This document shows positions 43,015 through 55,264 of a stretch of DNA of 64,000 nucleotides, one piece after another (positions within the stretch are counted from its first letter, which is position 1; every line of letters begins with the position of its first letter). The notes beneath the pieces were generated by a model that made no database searches, was not told where the DNA came from, and saw nothing but the letters and a program-made list of their open reading frames with translations. The translations under genes were made by a program, and so were the position numbers. The stretch comes from Eledone cirrhosa (Eukaryota): the NCBI GenBank assembly GCA_964016885.1, contig OZ024742.1, positions 229,400,001 to 229,464,000 on the forward strand, given 5' to 3'.

Positions 43015-43660
43015 AGTTTGAGGGAATACTTTGCTGATCTCCTAAACTCGATCACAACAGCATCTTCTGTTGTACAGGAGGTGCATCAGGGAGGCTAAAG
43101 TCACAAAATCAATTAAAGAGCTCAATTGTGACAAGGCCGCTAGGGAGGATGACATTCTGCCAAAGCTGTTAAAAGCCTTAAATAGAGAAGGTATTTTCTG
43201 GCTGGCTCGTGTGAACGTGTTGGCCTTCGTCTATTGAAAGGCACCTACTTTTAAAACCGCTCTAATAAAGTCTATGCTAAGTGTTTGGGAAAGGGATGTA
43301 CGGAGATTGTCGAGTACAAGCTAGCTGATGAACAGTTATTTTTGCTTCGGACGCAGAACAGCCTACGAAATATTGACAACACGGTAGGTCTTTGAAAACG
43401 CATGCACATACTGCCAAGAATTTTTGCTTTGTTGACTCGAAAAGCATACAACAGCGTTCGCGGGACCTTCTGTGTAATGTTTTGCAAAAGTGTGGGATCG
43501 ATGGACAGCTACTAGTTGCCCTGAGGTTTCTATATGAATGCTCGAGTATTTGTGTTCGGGTATAGAGTGCAAAAATTAAACTATTCAATGTGGTATGCGG
43601 ACTCGCCAAGGATCCGTACTGACACATCTCCTGTTCATAATCTTCATTAATAGGATTGAC
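43015..43660 (+). pseudogene. Highly degenerate RTE-clade RT fragment
   Basis: REYFADLLN; KAAREDDILPKLLKAL; RQGSVL..LLFIIF, across stops and frameshifts. Confidence 0.65.
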
Positions 43661-44923
43661 AAGTAAAACCAGTTTGGTAAAAAAAAGGTTCGTGAGTAAA
43701 AGGGTATAACGTTACTCCAGAAATCACCCGAGGGGTTTCTGGAGTAACGTTACACGGTAAAGTGCGTAGCTCGGAGATCGGAGAGTAGCTACTTTTTTGA
43801 TCGACCATGTATTTATGCATACATACATACATGGTGGCTGCCAACTCGTTTTCGAGTACGGCCACTACTTTATATCCATGTAGGAGAACCCCTACCGATG
43901 CGCTGAACGAGTGTGACTTTTTAGTCCAGCCAGCGACTTGAAAACTCTGGTACAAACACTACACCTGTGACAATTATTGACACATAGTGCTGGGCCCATG
44001 GTACCATGTGAGGACAAGTGCAGAGAGATCTCCAGATATAAAGCAATGCCTGTGCCGTGAAGCTTTTATAGTGAGCAAAGGCACTGCACAAAGCCAGTTC
44101 CACTCTCTTAACCAAGATGATATTTACCAAAAAGAAGAACAAGTCAACATCATTGGATACCATCGGGGTTGCAGGTGTTATATCAGAGTTTTCCTTCTCC
44201 TAGAATTCTGCCTTGACAAAGGCTAAGGGGTCATACATACATACATAAATACATACATACATGATGACTACAAACTCTGCTAAGAGTATTGCAATCGCTT
44301 CTCAGATTATAGAAACTGGTGAACTTTTAGGCCTCGGACAACCACACGAACCTGTAACATGCCTGTGCTTTGAAAGTGTTTTAAGTGGGGAAAGGCCTTG
44401 CACTTGACCAATCCCCCTCTCTGGGCATCGAAAACATGACATATATACATACATAGATACATACATATGTAGCTCTGTGTGGTTTCATCGTCTAAAAGAA
44501 AGAATGATAAAAGAAAGAATGATAACTATTGTTTCTTTGACTAAGAATCCGTCGTAGTTTGTTAAATAAGAGAAATATTTCTAAGTTATATAGATTTGTG
44601 AATAGGTTTGGTTAATGAGGGAGTGATAGTCATTTGCTAGAGTGGGGTTGTTTCAGTTGGCTGGTTTCCAATATTCAGATTTTTGGAATAAGAAACTAAT
44701 ATATACGGCACACACGTATGTATGTATGTATGTATGTATGTATGTATGTATGTATGTATGTATGTATGTATGTATGTATGTATGTATGTATGTATGTATG
44801 TATGTATGTATGTACGTGTGTGTGTCTGTTTGTATGTATATATGTATGAATTTATGCATGTATGTGTGTATATATGCCTGTGTGTGCATGTAAACTGTAT
44901 ATATATGTATAAATACATATAGG

Positions 44924-44984
<61 letters not shown>

Positions 44985-45100
44985 GTGTCTGTGGTTGGGT
45001 GTATATACATATCTATATATTTATATGTATATATCACGCATATATCTATAGTCACAGATTCTGAACACACACCACATATCACACATAACACCTACGGCCC

Positions 45101-45135
<35 letters not shown>

Positions 45136-45139
<4 letters not shown>

Positions 45140-45548
45140 GGAGGTGAGTTTTATTGTAGTACAATAAAGCAATGCAGATATCGTATAAGAAGCACTCTAC
45201 AGTTTGTAGGACTGGAGTATACATAATATAAGATCAAAAGATGGTTAAAGGAGTTCCATGTATTTTATTATGCGCATTTCAAAAACAAACATCATCATGC
45301 AATAATATTTGTGTTTTCATCAGATAAAACAGGAGAACATGATATGAAGGCTAGAAAACACCTGTGGACAGTGCAGTTTTAAATCAACATATGTTGATTT
45401 AAAACTGCACTGTCCACAGGTGTTTTCTAGCCTTCATATCATGTTCTCCTGTTTTATCTGATGAAAACACAAATATTATTGCATGATGATGTTTGTTTTT
45501 GAAATGCGCATAATAAAATACATGGAACTCCTTTAACCATCTTTTGAT

Positions 45549-45555
<7 letters not shown>
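45136..45555. mobile_element. Perfect 330-bp spacer-less palindrome (45226-45555) with two HHRs plus a 90-bp tail on the left, in (TA)n
   Basis: Centre AACAT|ATGTT at 45390/45391; the arms read as exact reverse complements. Confidence 0.9.
45452..45518 (+). ncRNA. Type I hammerhead (mirror copy 45263-45329 on minus)
   Basis: TTTTAT-CTGATGA-AAAcACAAATATTATT gca TGATGATGTTTGTTTTT-GAAAT GCGC ATA-ATAAAA, with palindromic loop III. Confidence 0.85.
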
Positions 45556-45625
<70 letters not shown>

Positions 45626-45731
45626 TAAAACCTACATAATTTTGTGGAAGCCTCCCACACATACATAAACACATAATAATATCTAAGAATCAAAACAACA
45701 CGTACATTATATATATATATATACACACATA

Positions 45732-45762
<31 letters not shown>

Positions 45763-45813
45763 ATATGTATATATATATATCTATATATCTATATGTATAT
45801 ATGTATATATGTA

Positions 45814-45847
<34 letters not shown>

Positions 45848-45927
45848 TATATATATATATATGTGCTTGTACATACAATGTACGTGTTGTTTTGATTCTT
45901 AGATATTATTATGTGTTTGTGTATGTG

Positions 45928-45971
<44 letters not shown>

Positions 45972-46155
45972 TAGATAGATAGATAGATGTATATAGATGT
46001 ATATAAGCGACAGGCTTTCTACGAAGACAGTCATTTCGATTGGATGCATCCTGTTTAATGAGGCTGATCCTGGCAGGTCAGAGCAAATGTTGGGAAAGTA
46101 GGTTTTATATGTCTAGACAGTAAATGTGCTTTCCTTTCCTAATTGATTATTAAAG

Positions 46156-46188
<33 letters not shown>

Positions 46189-46189
46189 A

Positions 46190-46222
<33 letters not shown>

Positions 46223-46324
46223 ACAATGTATATATGTATACGTACATATGTTTGCGTGTATTTATGTATGTATCTTTCTATATACACACATATATATATA
46301 TGCATACGTACACATGTTTGTACG

Positions 46325-46371
<47 letters not shown>

Positions 46372-46388
46372 GTGTGTGTGTGTCTGTA

Positions 46389-46529
<141 letters not shown>

Positions 46530-46760
46530 TTACCTATCGAAATATGGACAGTCTCGAATATACAACTACTCAACTAGATACATAAATGTACGTATAAATT
46601 TTGAATATATCAACACGGACAATAATTTTAATACATGTATATATATATCCAACTACTTATATTTAGGTACATATAGACGCACTCAGGTACAACCACAACT
46701 ATACACATGCACACACGTATACACACACAGTCACACGCACATACATACATATATACATAT

Positions 46761-46860
46761 CTAGGGCGGGTAAAATTACCGAGATCCACGGACGAGTTCT
46801 CTCCAGCGGTCTCTGTCCCTCATTATCGCTGCCATGTCCTGCGTCTCGAACAGACCAGTG
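46761..46860 (-). mobile_element. 3' fragment of RTE-like LINE
   Basis: [20 protein letters not shown]; same family as 31676-31856. Confidence 0.55.
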
Positions 46861-46871
46861 TATATATATAT

Positions 46872-47085
46872 ATACGAGGTAATCCCAAAAGTATGGTCTC
46901 CAAAGCTATGGGGACGCAGAGAAACTGTTCGTACGGCTGTTGGCAACACTGTTGTGATTGGTGCTTCCTTCACTCCCAAACAAGCATGCGCGCGCTTCGC
47001 TGGGATGCTCACTCTTGGCTTGGCAGCCGTTGAGAATGGAGCTCCCGTTGAACGCTACCGCCAAGTGCGAATTTCGCGCTGTTAT
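46872..47085 (+). mobile_element. 5' fragment of mariner-like transposon
   Basis: Starts TACGAGG (mariner TIR-like) and encodes [17 protein letters not shown], resembling mariner transposase N-termini (CEVRAVIRFL). Confidence 0.5.
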
Positions 47086-47170
47086 TATATATATATACAT
47101 TTATGCATATATGGGGTGTGTCCGTGTAAGTCGAAACGGCTTGAGCTCTGCCGTCGGTGTTAAACATTTT

Positions 47171-47251
<81 letters not shown>

Positions 47252-48057
47252 GTGGTTACACAGAAGTTAGTTCACCATATCGAGAACAATTGTTTCACCT
47301 TAGCGGATCCTCAGCACGTAATGGACATTGTTATAAGGAACATGAAGTACAACCGTACAAACGCGCATACGCAGAAACGATCACTTCACACAGGCAATAC
47401 TAAAATGCGTGCGAGAGGTGTAAGGGAGATAACTGCGAAAGTCCGAAAAGTTTCTAGTTGAAAAGAAAATTAGTATGTTGTTGTAATTCAATCCGGAGCT
47501 TTGTAGTTATGTAAGAGGTGTTTCCAGACGTGTGGACAACGTGTGAAGAATTTATTTCTCGTGTTTAGGCAATCACTATTGCATCATCTCTTTAGAATAT
47601 TTATTCGTTCATCAATACATAGTCCACACGACGGATTGCCCCTTGCGTATGGCTTGGACTTAGTGAAGTCTTTCCATTGAATGGAGTAGTCTATACTTGA
47701 GTCCTTGAGGGACCATACGTGGCTCGCGAGTTTCGTGGATGAACGTCTGTCCGGGTACCTAAAGGTCGACTGGTGGTTCAGGAAGCGTCCCTTAAATCGG
47801 CCCTCCGCCATACTCACATAAGATTTGACCTCCTGTGGTTGATTTGGTCGGTTGGAAGTGACCACAGACGCATGCGCGTTCGTACGGTTGTCCTTCCTGT
47901 TCCGTATAACCATGTCCATTACGAGCTGAGGATCCGCTAAGGTGAAACAATTGTTCTCGGTATAGTGAACTAACTGTTGTGTAACCACGTCTACCTAACT
48001 CGTCTCATGGACTGAGTGCTCAACCACTACGGATATTACCTTCCAGTGTTCTACCAC
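47252..48057 (-). mobile_element. Short Naiad-like PLE: GIY-YIG fragment (47488-47867) between inverted pLTRs (47252-47370 / 47869-47988), tail to 48057
   Basis: YVSMAEGRFKGRFLNHQSTF..TKLASHVWSLK..CGLC..LNTRNKFFTRCPH; ~120-bp inverted arms with HHRs. Confidence 0.85.
47922..47959 (+). ncRNA. Minimal type I hammerhead (mirror 47281-47318 on minus)
   Basis: CGAG-CTGAGGA-tCC gctaa GGt-GAAAC AATT GTT-CTCG. Confidence 0.8.
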
Positions 48058-48089
48058 TATATATATATATATTTATATATATATATATA

Positions 48090-48680
48090 TTGAGTTAGAA
48101 ACTTATTAAGGGCCCTTACAATTAAAATTAGTTTAAGGAAAACAATTTCCGGACCTATAATTCAATATAAAGACAGAAAAACACAGATATATAATCTGTA
48201 TTCAGATTATAAGGGACCAGAAATCGTTAAGTTGAAAAGTATACTAACTATAAACAAAACGGTCTGCAAGACACAATTAAAAGAAAAATTTAAGAAAAAA
48301 CGAACCGTTTGCGATAACCATCGAACTTCCAGACAGACTTTGGTAAACTGTTTCGCATCAAATGAAGTGAATTAAAATTCTTCTGCTCTTCAGTGGCTGT
48401 AAAGAATTAGTAAATTCTTCAGTACTAGGTATCCTAGAAGACTAAATGAAACGTGCATTTAGAATGACGCACGTGGTATCCTGAGCCCAGCGTGTCTCGT
48501 AAAAAGCTATACTGCTAAAAATAGCAGCTTGGTTCACGGGAAGATTATTTACATCTACAAAATATAAGGAGCCATATATCAAAATATATATTGGGTTTGA
48601 AACTCATTAAGGTCCCTTACAATTAAAATTAGCTCAAGGAAAAAATTTACGTGCGTCATTCTAAATACACTTTTCATTAA
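48090..48680 (-). mobile_element. Retrozyme-like partial tandem repeat (~501-bp unit, ~1.1 copies)
   Basis: GAAACT(T/C)ATTAAGG(G/T)CCCTTACAATTAAAATTAG at 48098 and 48599; HHR inside; ends with a short inverted copy of ~48445-48472. Confidence 0.6.
48329..48396 (-). ncRNA. Type I hammerhead
   Basis: CCA-CTGAAGA-GCA..TGC-GAAA-CAGttt accaa agtCTG-TC-TGG; GUC site. Confidence 0.7.
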
Positions 48681-49662
48681 TAAATACCGAAGCATTTAAC
48701 CATCTAACGATTCATTTTATTTGACGCTTTGGGAGGAGATATGTTGAAGATATATTGAAAGAAGGAAATTACAAAAGTGGCCGAAACTACAAAATTGACT
48801 TCTTTTAACGTCACATGCAGGTAACTTATTGTTTGAATTTCATCCAATTTGGTGAAGAGTGATTCACAAAACAACAGTAGTTTAGTTTGTCTGTTTTCCT
48901 ATCCGGATCAACAGTGTAAAATTTTACCAGATTGTCCATGGGCCCATAACTCTTACTGGGATCATAAGGGCGCAATAGTGATATGCGGTGGGTTTTGGGC
49001 ATTTAAACTAGCAGAACCCATCTCTTACGGATCAGAACATAGCGAACTTTGCTGAGAGAAAGCAGAAATGTGTAGATAGAAGACAAATATATAAAGGAAG
49101 AATCGACCACATTGCTAGTCTTATACTTTATTTAACAATCACAAAACATTGAGAGACAATGTTGAACCTGGCGCGATTTGAGATCAGAGTGTAAACAGCT
49201 GGAACGCATACCACAATGCATTCTATCCAGTTCTAAAGCCTGCCAATTTGCCGCCTTTGTATCAGATTGTGATCAGATAAAATTAATATTGGTCCTCGGG
49301 CTAATGTTTTCAGTTCTTCACTACATGAATATTTAAAATTTTTATTAATTTTAACTTCAGAGGTGTCGCCACAATGTTTTTACCAGATTTGATTAGTATT
49401 ATTATTAAACCTTTCATTCACCCCACACCCCGTCACTAGCCTCCTCACTGAATTTTTGTTTCTCTCACTCCATTAAGTGTGCGAACTCTCACGTGGATAA
49501 GATATATTTGTACCGTCTATCGCAAGTTTGCATTCTTGTGGAGATTTTGTATTTGTGTTTGTTCTAGTTATATTGGAGTCGATAAAATAAAGTACCAGTA
49601 ATACACTGGTATAATTGCGAGCCTTGTGCCAAAAGTAGAAAATTACTTTGTAACTTCTCTAA

Positions 49663-49875
49663 GGGCGGAGGATTGGCAGTATCGGTAGAGCCGGACACCA
49701 TGCTTTGCAGCATGGAGTTACGGTCCTTTACGTTCTGAGTTCAAATCCCGCCGAGGTTAACTTTGCCTTTCATCCTTACGGGGTCGATAAAATAAAGTAC
49801 CAGTCACACACTGGGGTCGATTTAATCGACTTCCCCTCCCCCAACATTGCTGGCCTTGTGCCTATATAAGAAACT
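49663..49875 (+). mobile_element. tRNA-derived SINE copy (partial older copy at ~49575-49625)
   Basis: Homologous to 4904-5087. Confidence 0.85.
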
Positions 49876-50158
49876 TTTATTTTGTAACTTCCTGCCCGGG
49901 AGAGAGAGGGGGGGGGGAGAGGGAGGGAGAGAGAGAGAGCCGGTTTCTAGGTTTCTATCACAGACAGGGCACTTTCATTGGAAGTTAGACAACGTCAACT
50001 AGGTATATATCTGTGTTTGTATTTGTGTGTTTATGCAGGTATAGATGATATTGGATGACTGGATGAGTATGTTTTGAGTTATATGAACAAAAATATATAC
50101 ATTTTTATATATGCAAAAGAAACCAACGAATGCTTACATACTCAAACAGTCTTTATTC

Positions 50159-50203
50159 ACTAACAAGGTTTCATCCTCACCTTTAGGTAGGAATCATCAG
50201 AGC
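50159..50203 (-). ncRNA. Minimal hammerhead followed by AATAAA (probable PLE pLTR)
   Basis: GCT-CTGATGA-tTCCT ACCT aa AGGT g AGGAt-GAAAC ctt GTT-AGT gAATAAA. Confidence 0.65.
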
Positions 50204-50743
50204 TCAACAAATACCGTATTGAGTATAAGCTCCACAATAACTTAGTCACACGAACAATCAGAAAAAACAGAAAAAATAATAGGGGGATTGGAGATAGCTA
50301 AGAATTAGGTTCATGCTGGGGTTACTAAGCATCACTGCAAAATACCAAGGTACACTTGGATTCAATAAGATGAAGACACAGTAGATGGCACTCAAAAATG
50401 TAGAATTTAAAATCTAAAAGTGTGAAAGCATTAAAACGTACATAAATAAATACATAAAAATGCATAAAAATACTTAAGAAATACATAAAAAATACATAAA
50501 AATATATAAAAAGTACATAAGGAAATACAGGCAAATGTTAAAACATAATATAAATTATATTAAAGTAATAAAAAATAATAAAGAATATAAAAATAAAGAT
50601 AAATATAATAATAGTAGAGATAATATAATAAAATGAAATGAAAAAAATAAAATGAAATAAAGTAAAAAATAATTAAATAAAAATATATACTAAAGATAAA
50701 TTAAAATACAATAAATTAATATAAAAAAGTATAATAAAATAAT

Positions 50744-50928
50744 TGTTTCTACTTTAGGCACAGGGCCAGCAATTACTCAGTGCATTACTGGTACTTTATT
50801 TTATCGACCCCGTAAGGATGAAAGGCAAAGTCAACCTCGGCGGGATTTGAACTCAGATCGTAAAGGGACGTAACTATGCTGGAAAGCTTGGCGTCCGACC
50901 CTCTACCGATACTGCCAATCCACCGCCC
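50744..50928 (-). mobile_element. tRNA-derived SINE copy with TSD
   Basis: Reverse complement of the family sequence; AGTATAATAAAATAAT on both sides. Confidence 0.85.
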
Positions 50929-51502
50929 TTAGTATAATAAAATAATAATAAATGATAATAAAATTAAAAATATATATATATATAATAATAAGATAAAATT
51001 AAATTAAAAAAGATTAAAAATATTTAATAAATTGAGAAAAAGTTATATGTTATGAGTCCTTAGAGAAGCAAGTTATTACAAGCGCAGTTCCTAGCAACAC
51101 AAGCGAGTATAATGTCAGTTGACCATATACAGGAGTGAATAGATCATTTTGGTACATCACAAAGGATCACGGAAATTCGAATGACCATCATACTATACAC
51201 ACACAAGGTATGTCAGTAGGTACCCGAACTAGGTGTTCACAAGTATATAGAAAGGTATCACAAAGGCACAGGCCTCACTCAAGTACATGTGGTTAATATA
51301 TGGTATTGCTGAGTGAAACAAGTAAATACATTTAAGGCATGAAAAGAAGCCATGCATAAGCAGGTTTAGGTTAGTGTGTGATAGAATTTAAGCAGTCACG
51401 ATATATTAGTTGTTATAAAAGTTGTTATAAAGTAATTGGCAAAGTTATTATTCATGCATAATTAGCAATAGAAGCAGGAATAATTGTTTACATTTTCAAC
51501 AT

Positions 51503-51686
51503 GGATTGGCAGTATTGGTAGAGGGTCGGACGCCATGCTTTGACGCATAGAGTTACGGCCCTTGCCATTCTGAGTTCAAATCCCGCTGAGGTTAACTTTG
51601 CCTTTCATCTTTACGGGGTCGATAAAATAAAGTACCAGTAATACACTGGCTAATTGCCCTGCCTTGTGCCTAACGTAGAAACAATT
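51503..51686 (+). mobile_element. tRNA-derived SINE copy
   Basis: Homologous to 4904-5087. Confidence 0.85.
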
Positions 51687-51742
51687 ATATATATATAACG
51701 GCTCTGTCTATGTACATTGAGCTAACACAATACTGCAATAAT

Positions 51743-51857
51743 TGTTTCTACTTTAGGCACAAGGCCAGCAAATTACCCAGTGCATTACTGGTACTTTATT
51801 TTATCGACCCCGTAAGGATGAAAGGCAAAGTCAACCTTGGTGGGATTTGAACTCAGA
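51743..51857 (-). mobile_element. 5'-truncated SINE copy with 16-bp TSD
   Basis: TSD ACAATACTGCAATAAT on both sides. Confidence 0.8.
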
Positions 51858-51934
51858 ACAATACTGCAATAATGCAGTACGGTGAGTAGGTGTTTATGTA
51901 CATACGCTCCGAACTTTACGTAAATAAATACATT

Positions 51935-52035
<101 letters not shown>

Positions 52036-52608
52036 GTGTTTATATATATATATACGTGTTTATATGCAATTATTAGATGCAAAATTACTGAAATGAAATT
52101 GTTGCGTTTCAACCTTCCTGTATCGACAAATAAATTACTTGACCAGCAAAGCAATGGATTTTTGGAATTATCAAAGAGTCAGCCTGGAATGTTTGTATTG
52201 ATAGTCCCGGCTCTTTGTGTCCTGAATTTAAATCCCGGTTCTTGTTACCAGAAAAGCAAATATATTTGTGCCAGACATATAGTATTAGCAACGTAAAGAT
52301 CAATAAAAGCTAGTTCATTTATTCTAGCAATCAACTCATTCTATTTCTATGGTATATTCTTCTTATTCATCAGCTATATTAGTATCATATATTAACAGGA
52401 ATAGCTTCAATGAGAATCGAAACCGGATAGTGGGCTCGGACAAAAAAATAAAATGACTATTAAAATGGGACCTATGAATGGAAACGGACATCCTCAACGA
52501 AATTATTAATTTAATACGGTGGACTATGTATGTATGTAAAATTTCTCTTTCTCTTAAATCGGAATTTATATTTGACCGGACACACGCACACACACGCATA
52601 CCCGACCA

Positions 52609-52657
<49 letters not shown>

Positions 52658-52778
52658 TATATATATATATATTATATATATATATATGTATATTATATAT
52701 ATGTATATTATATATATGTATATTATATTATATATATGTATATTATATTATATATATGTATATTATATATATGTATAT

Positions 52779-52809
<31 letters not shown>

Positions 52810-52997
52810 TATATATACAAACACAGAAAATTCTATATTAAGCTAGCTTAATTGCATAGTGTTAAACATTCAAAAGGGAGAATAAATGACCAAAGCACAA
52901 GAAAGAAATGTTAAAGAAAATTTAATAAGTGTCGAAAGTTATTAAACTAAAAGGAATTCATAAAAAAAGGAAGTTATGATATGATTATCGATAAGAC

Positions 52998-53045
<48 letters not shown>

Positions 53046-53204
53046 TAAATATACACGGGTGTGTATGATTGTGTATAGAAGATTATATTAATAAGAGGAA
53101 TTCCAACTTTCTCTGATTTACTCGTTTGATTTACAATACTTTAAAATTTATAATGGTATTATAACGAAATAGTATGATAGAATATAAAATTCTAAGTGTT
53201 AATT

Positions 53205-53241
53205 GAACAAGTACTTTCATGCTTTCGCAATCTTCAGGTTC
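53205..53241 (-). ncRNA. Ultra-minimal type I hammerhead in solo insert (~53043-53281)
   Basis: GAAC-CTGAAGA-tTGC gaaa GCAt-GAAA GTAC TT-GTTC, with palindromic GTAC loop. Confidence 0.75.
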
Positions 53242-53277
53242 ATAATATGTGGTGACAGTCAAGTTTGCAATTTTCAA

Positions 53278-53337
<60 letters not shown>

Positions 53338-53495
53338 CTTGCTCTACGGTTCTTATATATTTGATATATATTTATACTTATCGAGCCCTCTTTGAAATTT
53401 AGTCTTCAAATTTATTATTATTACTATATTTATATATATCTATATATATCTATATCTATGTATATATATATATGTATATATCTATATATATATAC

Positions 53496-53594
<99 letters not shown>

Positions 53595-53638
53595 TATGTG
53601 TGTATATATATATATATATGTGTGTGTATATATATATA

Positions 53639-53674
<36 letters not shown>

Positions 53675-53696
53675 AATATATATATATGTATATATA

Positions 53697-53748
<52 letters not shown>

Positions 53749-53755
53749 GTGTATA

Positions 53756-53786
<31 letters not shown>

Positions 53787-53846
53787 GTGTATATATATAT
53801 ATATAATGTGTATATATATATGTGTGTATATATATATATATATGTG

Positions 53847-53922
<76 letters not shown>

Positions 53923-53940
53923 GGTATATATATATATATA

Positions 53941-54247
53941 TTTCAAATCCACTCGCTGTTTCGAAAATATTCTTACTTGACATTAGAGTCGCTAAGTTTA
54001 TAGCTTCTAATTTGAATAGAAAAAGACGAGTGATGTGTTGGTGTAAATGGTAGCACAGTGGTCCGGTTAACCAAAGATGTGGGTTCGACTGCCATGTACG
54101 TCAATACTCATCTTTTTCCATTTCTCCGAGGATTCTTAACCCCACTATCAGGCTAAATAATTTCTTTAATTTTTTTAGTCAAAATACGGCGATAGCTAAC
54201 ATTTCTAATAATTTCAAATCCACTCGCTGTTTCGAAAATATTCTTAC
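53941..54247 (+). mobile_element. tRNA-containing structured element, direct partial tandem (271-bp unit)
   Basis: TTTCAAATCCACTCGCTGTTTCGAAAATATTCTTAC at 53941 and 54212; internal A box TGGTGTAAATGG and B box GGTTCGACT; (TA)n flanks. Confidence 0.75.
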
Positions 54248-54268
54248 ATATATGTATATATATATATG

Positions 54269-54301
<33 letters not shown>

Positions 54302-54808
54302 GTATATATATATATATGCATTGTGTCCCAAAAGAACTATACACACATTGATTACTTGTACAGGCAATATTTTTTAGAATGTTGTTGAAGTGTTTATACA
54401 TTTTTTGGGACACCCTATATACATATATACAGAACTTTGACGAAAGTTGGAAGAATGACGAAATATACAGATTGGAAGATCAAAACTGTAAGAATATGGT
54501 CAATGTCACATAACAACAATAAATTAATAACGTTTGTTATTGCAAATATGTGCTCAGTACCACTAAAACTTAGAAGGTATTTTAAGCTAATAAACCTCGA
54601 ATCACAAATTGCTAACCTTCAAATGGCTGATCCTGTTGAGCCCTGCACATATTCTCAGAAAAGTACTGCCTGCTATGGTGCATGTTGAGACACAACAAAC
54701 ACTGAAAGATATAATAATCAAGATATCTACTCTGTAGGGGCTCCTCCCAAAGTTTGAAGCCACCTATTCATAACGTGATATATTTATATATACTGTATAT
54801 ATATATAG

Positions 54809-55243
54809 AAAGAAATTTCTAGCCTGATAGTGGGGTTTATAACCCTCGGAGAAATGGAAAAAGATGAGTGTTGCAGTACATGGGAGTCGAACCCACATCT
54901 TTGGTTATCCAGACCACTGTGCTACCATTACACCAATACACATCCCGTCTCCTTCCATTGGAATTAGAAGCTATGAACTTAGCAAGTGAATGATAAACAA
55001 GCAAATTATAAATTGGTGTAATAGTACCACAGTGGTCTGGATAACCAAGGATGTGGGTTCGACTCCCATGTACTGCAACACTCATCTTTTTCCATTTCTC
55101 CGAGGGTTATAAACCCCACTATCAGGCTAGAAATTTCTTTAGTCTAAAATACGGTGAAAGCTTATAATTTCTAATTTCTAATTTTCAAACTCGCGCACCG
55201 TTTCAAAAACATACTTACATGTTTACATTTATAATTTGCTTGT
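54809..55243. mobile_element. Same tRNA-containing element as head-to-head inverted pair with ~100-bp tail
   Basis: 54809-54936 is mirrored by 55012-55140; A/B boxes in both arms; tail 55141-55243. Confidence 0.8.
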
Positions 55244-55264
55244 ATATATATATATATATATATA

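Noticed and set aside
43707-43752. Hairpin TAACGTTACTCCAGAAA..TTTCTGGAGTAACGTTA
   Set aside because: A real short inverted repeat, but isolated beside an RTE relic; no function can be assigned.
47584-47586. In-frame TGA in a Naiad GIY-YIG as possible selenocysteine (some Naiads encode selenoproteins)
   Set aside because: The frame does continue to LNTR..CPH, but the TGA is not at a conserved Cys, I see no SECIS in the UTR, and the copy is otherwise decayed. A nonsense mutation is more likely.
54039-54100. Functional tRNA gene
   Set aside because: The anticodon differs between copies, the acceptor stem is poor, and it is embedded in a repeat.
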